From: Vicugna vicugna
Lineage: Eukaryota
DNA: 64,000 nucleotides
Assembly (NCBI GenBank): GCA_013265495.1
Contig: MU058547.1
Location: 1 to 64,000 of the forward strand
Direction: 5' to 3'
Shown here: piece by piece, positions 24,471-37,749 of the stretch
Layout: the number at the start of each line of letters is the position of its first letter
Numbering within the stretch: the stretch's first letter is position 1
The notes under the pieces: generated by a model
The model's database searches: none
Seen by the model: only the letters and a program-made list of their open reading frames with translations
Told to the model about the DNA's origin: nothing
Program-made: the position numbers and the translations under genes

Positions 24471-25546
24471 AGGAGAATGCCTTATTTATTTTCAAGTAGA
24501 GTTTATTTTTGTAACCAGTAGAGGGCGGAGAAGACTGCTTTATTGCGGGGCTCTTGAAAAAAAGGCAATTAGCTATTGTTTTAAATCGCTTTCTTTGTGT
24601 CCCATGTTTGAATTTCAAGATCGTATACAGTCACAGAAAGTCACTTAGAAGTTGTTTAGTGATCTTAATGGTTAGCGGCAACAAGCTATGAGAGCACTCA
24701 TTTCCTTTTTAGGTATAAGCCAAAGGAACCAGATACGCATGCCCGTGGGTTAGAACACTGCCTGAACAGTGTTAGAGCAGAACTGGAAAATCTTCCTCTT
24801 CTGATTCTCACTATTTTGAAAGAAAAATGTTACTGTTACTAGTTAATATTTCTTATAGTAAAGCTTTAAAAAAATATATACAGAAACTAAAAGAAGAAAA
24901 TTAAAATGACCTTAATCCCACTACCAAGAGATAACATTTTGGGAAATAATATATATATATTTTGTTTACAAAATTGGTCTCATATACTACATACTGTTTT
25001 GTAACCTTAAAATATGTTTTTAGTACAGAAACAATACATACTTACTGTAGATAAAAATTTTAAATACAGTGAAGCAAAAAAGAAAAACTACCCAAAGCCC
25101 TGCCTTCAGAGATCATCACTGTTAATACTTTGAAGTATAGATTTTGAGATCTTTTTCTGTGTGCACATACATGCGTATGCATTTTAATATGGTTAGATTC
25201 ATTCTGTTCCTTTATTAATTTTCAGAATAACACATTAGTGTCTTAGCAGTCTCCAAAGGTAACCAATGGAGTGATTTTTTTGTTTTGTTTTATTGTGGAC
25301 TAATAGGGTTTTTTTTTGTATTTATGATATGTTTTAATTACTGTACTCATTATTCTTGCTAAATTGTCCCACTTGTGGCGTGTGGGAGCCACTTCAAGTT
25401 GTCTGTTGAACTCTTTCATGTGCCCCAAGTGTCTTTGATTGCTTCTTTGCTTTCAGACATGACAAGATAGCCAAGACTCATCATCGTATACATTTCTTGC
25501 CCTAGTCTTGAAAACCACTCTCTTTAAGAAGAAGTGGTAGAAACCA

Positions 25547-25661
25547 CAAGATAGACACTGAATGTCATTGCTTCCAGACTTTTCAAGATAGCCACTGAAT
25601 GTCATTGCTTCCAGACTTTTCAAGATAGCCACTGAATGTCATTGCTTCCAGACTTTTTCAA
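25547..25661. repeat. 37-bp tandem repeat, about 3 copies
   Basis: caagatagccactgaatgtcattgcttccagactttt starts at 25547, 25584 and 25621. Confidence 0.95.
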
Positions 25662-25836
25662 TGATTAGAGCTAGGAAATATGTGGATTTTCAGAAAACGA
25701 AAAATAAGCCAAGAGTTCATACTGATATTTACAATTAAAGTGAAATGTAGAGTTTAAATTTTTCCTAACATTTTATTTTGAAAATTTTGAAGCTTATAGA
25801 AAGATTAAAGGAATTTTACCTGGAAAATCCATATGT

Positions 25837-26396
25837 TGCAGAAAAATGTGTTACAGCTCGGTGTTACAGCTCAGTTGTGACAGCAACCTGGGTCCGGGCG
25901 AGAGACCAAGCAACACTCAAGGGAGTTGGAGAACTCACGTTTATTATGCCAGCTGGCCCAGACGAATTAACACTCCAAGCTCTGGACCCCCTCTGTAGGT
26001 TTACACAGGCCTTTACAGGCTGCCAGTTTTACACTTTGCAACATCATATGCAAATACAGTATAACAGAAGTTGACCAACCGGGAACAAGCTTTGTAGAAC
26101 TAGACCAATCAGGAGTGAGAGAAATAACCAATCAGGAGTGAGCTCTGTGCAAATAAAGTACTACAAATGGGCCAATCAGAAGTTAGGGAAGTGGACCAAT
26201 CAGAAGTGAGAGTAATAACCAATGAGGAGTGAAAGAAATAACCAATCAGAAGTGAGCTCAGGGAACCAATAAAATTTTAGGGGGTAAGTAAGCCGTTTCA
26301 GAGGCAAAAAGTGAGGTAGAGCCTCTGGGCCAGGGAACCTGTCGGTGCTGGCAGGAAAAACCCTGCCAGTTTTTTTTTATGGGGCTTCCCGCCTCA
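25837..26396 (-). mobile_element. ERV1-type solo LTR with CCAAT-box array
   Basis: TG...CA ends, 4-bp TSD ATGT on both sides, AATAAA on the minus strand (tttatt at about 25940), and seven CCAAT boxes. Confidence 0.8.
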
Positions 26397-26984
26397 ATGT
26401 ACCAGATTTTTTCTCACATGTTTGTCCTCCTAGCCATTCTTCTTTATTATATTTTATATTTTTATATTTGTACTTCTTTCCCCTTATCTAAAGATATTGA
26501 AATCTTCAATAGATTAATCTGAAGATTAATGAAGTTAATGTAATTATTATATATGTATATATATACACAATAAATATTGAGGCTAAATAGCACATAGTCA
26601 CATATTCATGCATACACATTCCTATAATATTTTAAAGTAAATCCTACATTAGCACCGTCAACAAATCTACTGTTATTAAGGGATTTTTGTTTGTTTATTG
26701 TCCTCAGGACATACAGAGTTCTCTATTTCAAGGCACTTGAAATAATTCTTTGTGTGGTAATGCTGCTAATTTGGTTTAGAGTAGGATCCTGCACACTTTT
26801 TCTGTAAAGGAACAAGCAGTAAATATTTTGGGCTTTGTGACTAATACTCTCTCTGTCACAGCTATTCAGTTCTGCTATTGTAATTTGAAAGCAGCCATAG
26901 ATAATATGTAAATAAATGAGCATGACTGTGTTCCAATAAAACTTTATTTATAGAAATAGGTGGTGGGCCAGATTTGACCTGCAG

Positions 26985-27195
26985 GTTGTTGCTTGGCAAT
27001 CTTGGATACTAAGTATAGAATTATTAGCTTCATTGTTTTTTTATTTTAGGAATATTTTGAATTTTCTTTTTATTTAATTTTTTTAACCAAGTTGTTGCTT
27101 GGCAATCTTGGATACTAAGTATAGAATTATTAGCATCATTTTTTTTATTTTAGGAATATTTTGAATTTTCTTTTTATTTAATTTTTTTTTAACCA
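26985..27195. repeat. 106-bp tandem duplication
   Basis: gttgttgcttggcaatcttggatactaag... starts at 26985 and 27091. Confidence 0.93.
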
Positions 27196-27684
27196 TAAAA
27201 GACATACAGGGCTCCAAAACAAAAACTCTAAAACTGGATACAATCATCCCTGTCTCCTCCCCACTAATCTCTCGCTCTCTATGTAAATAACTCATTTCAG
27301 TTACTTATTAATTTGTTCTTCCATTGCTTTTTTAAAAAATGAAAGCAAGTAATATATTTCATATTCCTTCCCATTCTTACACAAAGTTAGCACACATTCT
27401 TTTACATGTTACTTTTTAAATTCAGAGTGTCTTAGTGATCACTGCATAGTGGTGCATGGAAGTCTTCCTCTTTCCCTTTTCTAGCTGCATAGTGGATATG
27501 CCACTGTTAATTCATCACTTCTCTATTAACGGACTTTTGGGTTGTTTCAAGCCTTTTATTAACGTAAGAAATACTTTGACCAGACTCAGTGGGTCCATCA
27601 CTTGGGGTGCTTAGCCAGTGAACACACCAAGTACTTTCGTTTAAAGCAGAAGTATTTACCACTTGTGACAAGTCAGGGAGATAG

Positions 27685-28189
27685 TGTTACTGAGTCCAAG
27701 CTCATACAGAGGGGCAGACAGGCCAATAAATGGAGGGACAGGTGCTGGGGCAAGAAATAACAACTTTATTCAGAAAGCCAGCAAACTGAAAGGATGGTGG
27801 ACTAGTGTCCCAAAGGATTGTTTTACTGGAGTTAGAATTCAGGCTTCTTTTATACTAAAAGGGGAGAAAGTGTGACTTGTTACAAACTTCTTGGTGCTGG
27901 CCAGACCCTGGTTCTTGCAGCTTTCCACATAGGTCTAGTCATGATGTTCCCATAAACCTCCAAGGGGACAAATGATATTTTCTATTTTGCAGCTTTTTAT
28001 CTCTATATGAATGAGAAAGTATACCTTTGAAAATCAAACCTGGGCAGTAGGGCATTGAGAAAGGGCTGTCATAGGCAAAATTGTTTTACAAGGGTACTGA
28101 GCCAGCATGACTAAGCTCAGGCAACAGAGCACAAAGGTTAGAGATAAAGGTATAGATTCAATAGGGAGTCAGGTTTGTTCTCTGTTACA
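27685..28189 (-). mobile_element. ERV1-type solo LTR nested in an older LTR-like element (about 27560-28503)
   Basis: tgttactgag...ctgttaca ends, near-TSD atag/ttag, and tttatt poly(A) signal on the minus strand. Confidence 0.7.
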
Positions 28190-29492
28190 TTAGCTCTCAA
28201 AGCACTGTCTCTCCTAACCACTGGAGCAGGGAAGTTTTAAGCCTGGGGCATATGCATATTCATGAAAGGGCAGGCATGATCATCTGTAAGCATTATACTG
28301 AGGCAAAGGTTACTCTAGTTTGCCAAAAACTGCAAGCAGCAGGTGCTTGGGTGTTTGCTTGCACTGCGGCATCTTGTTGACCAGGGTGCATTGTAACCTT
28401 TTTGAAACATCTGGTGTCTAGAACTTTGTGCAATCTAATGGTTTCTGCAAAACAGAGCACACTGGTTTAACCCCGTCCCTTCCCTACTGCTGCCTAGGTA
28501 ACAATACTACAAGTGAATAGCCTTATGTATATGTCATTTTGCATTTTTGCCTGTGTATCTATCTATAGGATGGATTGCTGGGCCAACGGTTAAATTCCTA
28601 TGTGATTTTGCTAGATGCTGCCAAATTTCTCTTCTTGGGGATGTACCATTTTAGCTCCTTACCAGCTATGTATGAGAGTGCATGTTTCCCCAAAACACAC
28701 AATGTGTTATAAAAACTTTTGGATTTTAGCCACTTGATAGGTGGCAAGTGCTATTTCAGTATAGTTTTAATTTACTTTTCTCTTATGAGCAAGGTTGATC
28801 ATATGCTCATATTTAAAAGCAATTTGCATTTCTTTTTTTGTAAACTGTTCTTTGCCCATGTAGTGTTTCATACTCTGTTTACTTTAGAATATATTTAGTG
28901 GACATGTCATTAAATACTGTTCAACATAGTTTAACGGCTGCAAATAATCCATTATTTGTTCATTCAACAACTACTTATTTGGAACAACTGCTATGTGTCA
29001 GACAGGCCTTGTTGCAGGGAGAGAGAACACAGCAGTGAACACAATAGAGCAGCATCCCTGTCTTCAGAGGGCTTTTATTCTAGTTGATGGAGAGACAGTA
29101 ATAAACAAAATAAATATTACATATCCATATAGCATGTTAGATACAAGTAGAACATAATTTACTCAACCTATCCCGTTTTTGGACATATATTTCTAATTTT
29201 ACACTATTATAAGTAAGGCACTGTTCAACACCCTTTTAGTTACGATCAGTTACATTTTGATCCTTTCTAATTTGTTTCTTAGAAGATATATCAACTTCAG
29301 GGATTTTTTTGTTGTTATTTTTTAACATTTTTTTTGTTGAGTTATAGTCAGTTTACAATGTTGTGTTAATTTCCAGTGTAGAGCACAATTTTTCAGTTAT
29401 ACATGAACATACATATATTCATTGTCACATTCTTTTTCTCTGTGAGCTACCACAAGATCTTGTATATATTTCCCTGTGCTTTACAGTATAAT

Positions 29493-29925
29493 TGTTATGG
29501 AAATGACAGGCCAGCCAAGAAACAAGCACCACTCAGAGGGTTGGAGTACTCAGACTTATTACGCCGGCGGGCTCAGAGGGGCTTCTGCTCTGAAGCTCTG
29601 AGCACCTCCAAGACGTGTGCATGAGGTTTTATAGGGTTAATTACAAGCTTGGGGTAATTTGGCCAATAGGCATGAAACAGATTTAGCAACATCATTATCA
29701 CAAGAGTAGAGGCAGAGAGGGAGGAAACCAACATTTCATGGCCAGATATGTCTCTTTGAAAATCCAGCTGGCTAGCAAAAAACACATGAACAGGGAATCA
29801 GCAAACCAACAATAATTAACTCAGATTTACAATTTAGCCCAGCAGAACTCAGATCAGTAATCTGACATTTGTTACACTTAGATTTGTGAGTTAGCTTGTT
29901 AGCCCAGCTGGGCTTTTCCTTCACA
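29493..29925 (-). mobile_element. ERV1-type solo LTR inserted in the L1 3'UTR
   Basis: tgttatgg...ttcaca with 4-bp TSD TAAT (29489-29492, 29926-29929); the L1 3'UTR resumes exactly after it. Confidence 0.88.
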
Positions 29926-29995
29926 TAATCTTGTTTATCTGTTCTACATATGCCTGTCAGTATCTACAGATTTCGAACTCCCAGTCTGTACCTTT

Positions 29996-30101
29996 NNNNN
30001 NNNNNNNNNNNNNNNNNNNNNNNNNNNNNNNNNNNNNNNNNNNNNNNNNNNNNNNNNNNNNNNNNNNNNNNNNNNNNNNNNNNNNNNNNNNNNNNNNNNN
30101 N
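29996..30101. other. Assembly gap (N run) within the L1
   Basis: Run of n characters. Confidence 0.97.
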
Positions 30102-32198
30102 TATGGTATTTTTCTTTCTCTTTCTGGCTTACTTCACTTAGAATGACATTCTCCAGGAACATCCATGTTGCTGCAAATGGCGTTATATTGTTGTTTTTAT
30201 AGCTGACGAGTATTCTGTTGTATAAATATATCACTTCTTTATCCAGTCATCTGTTGATGGACATTTAGGCTGTTTCCATGCCTTGGCTATTGTAAATAGT
30301 GCTGCTATGAAAATTGGGGTGCAGGTGTCTTTTCAAAGTAGGGTTCCTTCTGGATATATGCTCAGGAGTGGGATTCCTGGGTCATATGGTAAATCTATTC
30401 TTAGTCTTTTGAGGACTCTCCATACTGTTTTCCACAGTGGCTTTCCTTGCTTCCCTCTCCCACTTTTAGTGATTTAGATGTCTTCTTTTACAATTTTGTG
30501 TTTATTCTATTTGTAATTCATGGTAGTTATCACCTTTCCAGTTATGAGTTTCTCACTTTTGTAGCATCTTGCTTCTTTTCTATTTTGTAGCATCTTGCTT
30601 CTTGTCAATATTTCTTTTAGCACGGGTTTAGTGTTGCTAAACTCTTTTAGTTTTTGCTTGTCTGTGAAGTTCTTTATCTCTCCTTCTATTCTAAAGGATA
30701 GCCTTGCTGGATAGAGTATCCTAGGCTGCATCTTTTTTTCATTCAGGACTTCAAATATATCTTGCCACTCCCTTCTGGCCTATAGTGTTTGTGTAGAGAA
30801 ATCAGCTGAAAGCCTTCTGGGGGTTCCCTTTAACTTACTCTTTGTTTGTCTCTTGCTGCCTTTAGGATCATTTCTTTATCCTTGACTCTGGCCATCTTGA
30901 TTATATGTCTTGGTGTGGGTCTGTTTGAGTTCTTCCTCTTTGGGACCCTCTGAGGCTCCTGTACTTGGATATCTGATTCCTTCTTTAGATTTGAGAAGTT
31001 TTCAGTCATGATGTCTTAGAATACCTTTTCAATCCCCTTTGTTCTTCCCCCCCTTCTGGAACCCCTATTATGCATAGATTGGCATGCTTTATATTATCCC
31101 ATAGGTCTTTTATAGTGTTTTCACTGGTTTTTAATTGTTTTTCTCTCAGCTGTTTTGATTGGGTGCTTTCTGTTGACCTGTCTTCTAGGTCACTTATTCG
31201 TTCCTCTGCATTATCCAGTCTGCTTTGCACAGCCTTTAGGTCAGCTCTTATCTCAGCAAGTCAGTTTACTAATTCTACGTGGTTCTTCTTTATAGCTGCT
31301 ATTTCATTTTTGACATATTTTACATCTCTAAACACTATTTCTTTTAGTTCCTTCAGTACTTTGATCAGTCCTTTTTTGAAATCTTGATCTAGTAGGCCAT
31401 CAATGTGTATTTCCTTGATTGTGTTTTCAGGGGATTTCTCTTGATCTTTTAATTGGGAGTGGTTCCTCTGCCGCAAATTGCTCATATCTCTCTGGCACCG
31501 TGACTGGTGGCCAGTGGGCCACTCCCCCTCCCAATGCCGCAGTCAGATGCTGCGCTTGGGCGAGGCAGGTGGGCAGATTGTGCCCCCTCCAAGCACCATG
31601 GTCAGGTGCTGTGTTCCTGCCAGGAAGGCAGGTGGCCACCTGCCCTCTCCTGGCACCGGTCGCTCTGCTGCTGTCTGCAGCTGCCCGCTGTGCCTCAGGT
31701 CGGCACTCCATAGGCAGGCTTGAGGAGGACCGCGGAACAGCCCAGCCCCTGCTCTGTGCCAAATCTCAGCTCCTTGTTTGTCTTGGTGGCGCAAGTTCTG
31801 TGAGGTGCCAAGGCAGAAAGATCCTATCTGCCTCGGGCTGTAAACAAGTCTCAGTCCTGCCTAGGAGGTTGCGGAGCCCCCAGGTGCAGATTCAGGTCTC
31901 GGCCCCACCCCCACCCGGGTACTCGCACTGGAGGAGATGGCAGCTGTGACTGTGCCCCACCACCCTTCTCGCCAGAAGTGCCAGTAATGGCACCAGGGGT
32001 CTGAGGAGGCAAAGGCTATGGCGCCCCTCCCCCCAAGGCACATCAGCCTTGTTGCTTGGCTTTTTTCACAGTTTATGGGGGACTGAGGTGGTTCTGCTCC
32101 ATATCCCCTCCCAGCCACAGCGCACAGCACCCTGCAGTCCCCGGGAGCTGCCTCAGTGCAGCTGCCCCAGTCCTCTGCCCGGCTCAGGCAGCCTGTCC

Positions 32199-33098
32199 CG
32201 GTCCCCAGCCGCCAGCTTACGTCTCGGGCTGGGTGTCGCAGTGGGCCCTTTGTGCCCATTTAACTTAATGCTGTCAGTCAAGGGATGCTCAGGGCAAAGA
32301 TCTGAGCAGGCTCCCCCTCCGTCCTGTTGGCCTGTCCATTGGAGCAGGGAGACCCAGTGAACAAGCGCTATTCTCCTTTTGCTGCTCCCTCCCCGCAGGA
32401 CTGGTCCCACACTGTTTTGTTTTTTCTTCTTTCTTTTTTCCTTTTCTCCTACAAGACTTTTGGTGTCTTTGTCTTTCAAAGAGGGTGATGTTCTGTTGGA
32501 GTTCGGCAGGTGCTCTGGTTGACTAAGTGGGTCTGTAGATGTGAGTTTTGGTGTATTTGTGGGAGAGGGTGAGCTACAAGCATCCTACTCCGCCATCTTG
32601 CTTCTCCGTTACTGAGTCTCCTTTTGCCAGTGTCAGAGATCAAATACGGTCCCCAGCCGCCAGCTTACGTCTCGGGCTGGGTGTCGCAGTGGGCCCTTTG
32701 TGCCCATTTAACTTAATGCTGTCAGTCAAGGGATGCTCAGGGCAGATCTGAGCCTCGGAGGCTCCCCCTCCGTCCTGTTGGCCTGTCCATTGGAGCAGGG
32801 AGACCCAGTGAACAAGCGCTATTCTCCTTTTGCTGCTCCCTCCCCGCAGGACTGGTCCCGCACTGTTTTGTTTTTTCTTCTTTCTTTTTTCCTTTTCTCC
32901 TACAAGACTTTTGGTGTCTTTGTCTTTCAAAGAGGGTGATGTTCTGTTGGAGTTCGGCAGGTGCTCTGGTTGACTAAGTGGGTCTGTAGATGTGAGTTTT
33001 GGTGTATTTGTGGGAGAGGGTGAGCTACAAGCATCCTACTCCGCCATCTTGCTTCTCCGTTACTGAGTCTCCTTTTGCCAGTGTCAGACATCAAATAC
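32199..33098. repeat. About 450-bp tandem duplication of the L1 5' end plus about 40 bp of flank
   Basis: cggtccccagccgccagc...tcaaatac starts at 32199 and 32647; copies are near-identical. Confidence 0.95.
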
Positions 33099-33809
33099 AG
33101 TTTTTGGACAGAAGATTCTCTTCTGTCTGTAAAAATTACAAGAGTCACTTTTAAGCCAAGAAGCGAAATGCACTTTTCTGTTGAGTTCTTAGACTCAAGC
33201 CTGAGAGATTAATGTTTATTTTTAAAATAAAATAGACTTTTGTCTGGGATAGTTTAGACATGACAAGCTCTTCATATCCTGAGTTTATTTTTATGCCTCG
33301 ACCCTGTGACCTTCATTTGGTGGTGCTATTTATCATAGCAAAATTTTGAGCAAAAAACTGAATGTCTAGAAAAAATATTTTGAGAAATTTTTAACAATAT
33401 GAGATGGCTTCAGCAATGCATGAAACTAAATATTAAGTGTGGTCTCAGTTAAAAAGAAAAAATTATTATGTGGAAAATATATTGGGGAAAATATATCAAA
33501 AATGTTTATAGTGATTTGGGAAGTCTTCATTTTCTTAAAATTTTATTTTCCAAATTTTCTACAATAAGCATGTATTTTCCAAATTTGATAAAATTATTTA
33601 ATACAAACATAGCCTCTCCAGTTCTTGTACCCTTTGACACTGTGTTGTTAAATTTAAAAAACAAGAAGCAAAAAAACAGTTCTCTTGAGTCAGTGTTACT
33701 GCAGTGAGTTTATTTTTTGGGTTAAAGAAATTCATGCTTTCTCTTCTTAGTTAAGGTAATTGCTCCTCGCAGAGAACCTGCTATTTACTTCATGTAACTT
33801 TTCTTTTCG

Positions 33810-34032
<223 letters not shown>

Positions 34033-34049
34033 TAAATGACTTAAGTCTG

Positions 34050-34363
34050 ATAGAATACAATCAGACTTAAGTCTGATAGATAGTCTGTGGTTGCCAAGGG
34101 GCTGGGGGCTGGAAAGAGACAGATTGGGATTTCAAAATTTGTAGACACTGACAGGCATATGCAGAATAGATAAACAAGGTTGTACTGTATAGCACAGGGA
34201 AATATATATAAGATCTGTGATAGCTCACAGTGAAAAAGAAATGTGACAATGAATATATGTATGTTCATGTATAACTGAAAAATTGTGCTGTACACTGGAA
34301 TTTGACACAACATTGTAAAATGACTTCAACTCAATAAAAAAATGTTAAAAGTAAATAAATAAA
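34050..34363 (+). mobile_element. Short L1 3' insertion with 17-bp TSD and rearranged 5' junction
   Basis: TSD TAAATGACTTAAGTCTG at 34033-34049 and 34364-34380. Confidence 0.88.
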
Positions 34364-36158
34364 TAAATGACTTAAGTCTGTGGTAATTCGCCATCTTTAG
34401 TTTTACTTTTTTCCCCTCAACTTTTTATTTTGGAAATCCACTTCATAAAAGTTCCAAGAAGAGAACATTGCACCACCCCTGTCCACTTCACATAGATTGA
34501 ATTACTGTTAACATTTTAGCATGTTTACAGTCTCTTTCTCTCTTTCTACACACTTACATATTTTTTCTGAAGCATTTGAGAGTTAGTTGTGGACATCAAT
34601 CTAATATGCAGACTTTATTCAAGTTTCTCTTACTTGCCCACAGAATTTCCCTTACAGCTGTTTTTTAAAAATTGAGAATCCAGTCAAGAATTATGCATTG
34701 CATTTACTTGTTATGTCTTTTTAGTTTTCTTTAATGTGGAATAGTTCCCTAGCCTTTCGTCTTTCACTGATGTTTTTGAAGCCCGGGTTATAGAATGTCC
34801 GTCAATTTTTATTCATCTAATTGTTCCCTTATGAGTAGATCTAGGGAAGAATTTCGACAGGAATACTACATACAATGATATATTTTTTTTGTTCTCTCTG
34901 ATTAGAGCCACATGTTTATTCCGTTATTAGTGATGTTAAATTTGCTCATTTGATTAAGGTGGCAGCAGCCATATTTCTCCACTGTAAAAGTTATGTTCCT
35001 CCCTTTGTAATTAATAACTAATCCGTAAAAGATCATCTGACACAGTGTGAATACCTGCTTCCTAGTAGTCCTTTGTACTGTGGTTTCATATCCATCGATG
35101 ATTCTTGCCCATAAAATGGTGACCTTCTATTTTTTTTGTTGTTTCTGATTTGTTAGTTGGTATTCTTCTGTAAGGAAGAGCTTTTCTTTTCTCCCTGCCT
35201 CACCTCTTTTAAAAAAAATAGTTAGGGGTCAGTACAGATGGACAGATTCTTTTTTTTGTTCAATAGGTGACCAAACATTCCTGTCCATTTTGATGCTTAA
35301 ATTTTCCCAGATTTGGTTAGTGAGTTGAGTTGTATTTTAATGTCCTAAAAGATGAATTATCATATTTTATCAATTTCAAGATGCACTTTTTTCACATTAA
35401 AAAAACTTTTATTTTAGAAATTTTTTTCGCATTTTAACAACTCTGATACCTAGATGCATTTGCGATCATTGTTGGCCAGGTAGCAATCATGGCATTGTCC
35501 GTGCCTGCAAATGAGCATTAAAACTTGTAGAATGGATGTTAGTTACCTAGAAGAAAATCATGAAGATATAAGTAGAGTGGAAAAAGAATATATAGACAAT
35601 ATATTATGGCAAAATATGGATACCAGTAATGGTGGTGAAGTTTTAATTCCTTATCCTGTTTATTCTAATTATTTGGCTTATATAAAGAATAATATATAAC
35701 AAAATTATATAAGTAAATCTAAGAGGGCTCTTTAAATACTTTTTTTAACTTGATTTTAAAACTTTTTATAGGGAAATTTTCAAACACATCTACTGGGAAT
35801 AGTATAATGAACTCCTGTGTACCAATCACCTAGGCACTACTCTTGACTTTGCCATTTTCATTTAATCTAATCTTCAATTTTTCATTCATTAATTTAAAAT
35901 TAAAATTCTAAGTGATAATATTTCATACATTACTTGGCAGTGGGTTTTTTTTTCCTCAGTGATTCATAAAATAACAATGTGTGTTTATAGTCAGTGAAAT
36001 GTTCCATAAAATATTGTGTTTGAATGGTGCCATATTGTAACCATATTGATTTTCTAGTTTTAGCTGTTACCAAACTTTCTACTAAAACGTTCCTTAGGCC
36101 CAGTTTCTTCCATTCAGTGAAGTTCCAAGTGTGGGTAATTTTGGTTTTTGTTCTTTAG

Positions 36159-36241
36159 AGATTCCAGGAAGTGATATGGTGCCCAGGACCATTTTGGTGA
36201 CTGAAGTTGAACTTAGTAGTTGTATTGAGGATGTATTTATG
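36159..36241 (+). pseudogene. TANGO6: TANGO6 exon 7, copy 1 (83 bp)
   Basis: ag|AG...[27 protein letters not shown]|gttggt versus recalled [24 protein letters not shown]. Confidence 0.9.
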
Positions 36242-36562
36242 GTTGGTAATTTGAGTCACTAATGTTTTTAGGTAATATTTGTGTTTAGTCTTTTAAAATA
36301 ATTTTGCCTTTTTAAACTGGTACTTCAGGAATTGGAATGACTAATCTTAAATTCCAAACTATCAAAATCTTTTTACTTGAAAACTGGAAACTAAGTTACT
36401 TGGCAGTGGGTTTTGTTTCCTCAGTGATTCATAAAATAGCAATGTGTGTTTATAGTCAGTGAAATGTTCCATAAAATATTGTGTTTGAATGGTGCCATAT
36501 TGTAACCATATTGATTTTCTAGTTTTAGCTGTTACCAAACTTTCTACTAAAACGTTCCTTAG

Positions 36563-36724
<162 letters not shown>

Positions 36725-37039
36725 TAATGTTTTTAGGTAATATTTGTGCTTAGTCTTTTAAAATAATTTTGCCTTTTCAAACTGGTACTTCAGGAATTGG
36801 AATGACTAATCTTAAATTCCAAACTATCAAAATCTTTTTACTTGAAAACTGGAAACTATAAGCTGGCAGTGGAAAAAACTGGTACATTTTGAAACTCTGT
36901 CAATTTCATTGTTTACACTCAACGTTGAACAGTTCACATTCTCTAAGTGGCACACGCCACTGATGAAAGCATGGCTTTTGAAGAAATTGACAAAGGCATT
37001 TACAATACTGTAAGCTTCTTAAAAGTGTATGATAATATA

Positions 37040-37426
37040 TATATGTATTTTAATTGAAGTATTGTTGATTTACAATGTTGTATTAGTTTCAATTATATAG
37101 CAAAGTGATTCAGTATATACATATACTGAATATATATATTATGTATATATGTATATATTCTTATATGTGTGTGTGTATGTATGTATATACATACATTCTT
37201 TTTCAGATTCTTTTCCACTATAGATTAGTACAAAATACTGAATATAGTTCCCTGTGCTATACAGTAGGTCCTTGTTGTTAATCAATTTTATATATAGCGG
37301 TGTGTATCTGTTAATCCCGAACTCCTAGTTTATCCCTCCCTCTCCCCCTTTCCCCTTTCATCACCAGAGTTTGTTTTCTATGTCTGTGAGTCTATTTCTG
37401 TTTTGTAAATAAGTTCATTTGTATCA
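37040..37426 (-). mobile_element. L1 3' fragment with TSD
   Basis: L1 3'UTR reverse complement flanked by ttaaaagtgtaYgataatat. Confidence 0.82.
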
Positions 37427-37749
37427 TTAAAAGTGTACGATAATATTGCATCTACTTTATAATTTTTGATAGAATCATCATCATAAAGAAGGAAGTTTGA
37501 ATAAAAGAATCCTGCAAATGACTAAATATATACTGAAAATGAAAAAATATTTATATAAATTATATGATCTCTATGATTACAATGTTATAAATATATATGA
37601 AGTACATATTTTTAGACAGAAATGGAATCCATTGTGTTAGACCCAGATGGCATTTAACTTCTTTGAAGTTTATTTCAATAAATTGATAATAAATACTATT
37701 AAAGACATTTATACTAGTAAATAGCTTTCAAAATTATATTTTATGTAAC

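Larger units (their letters stand above)
29305..33058 (-). mobile_element. Rearranged LINE-1: 3'UTR and ORF2 tail joined to disrupted ORF1 and 5'UTR, with most of ORF2 missing
   Basis: Poly-T and 3'UTR start at 29305. The ORF2 end runs to about 30442, then jumps abruptly to the ORF1 3' end. ORF1 pieces are 30507-30731, 31006-31230 and 31261-31485. A GC-rich 5'UTR has the YY1 motif ccgccatcttg. No TSD is visible. Confidence 0.9.

Noticed and set aside
25547..26272. 37-bp repeat and CCAAT array as CRISPR-like arrays
   Set aside because: No unique spacers, no cas genes, mammalian context
30507..31485. Active L1 ORF1
   Set aside because: Split by a stop and frameshifts, and ORF2 is largely deleted
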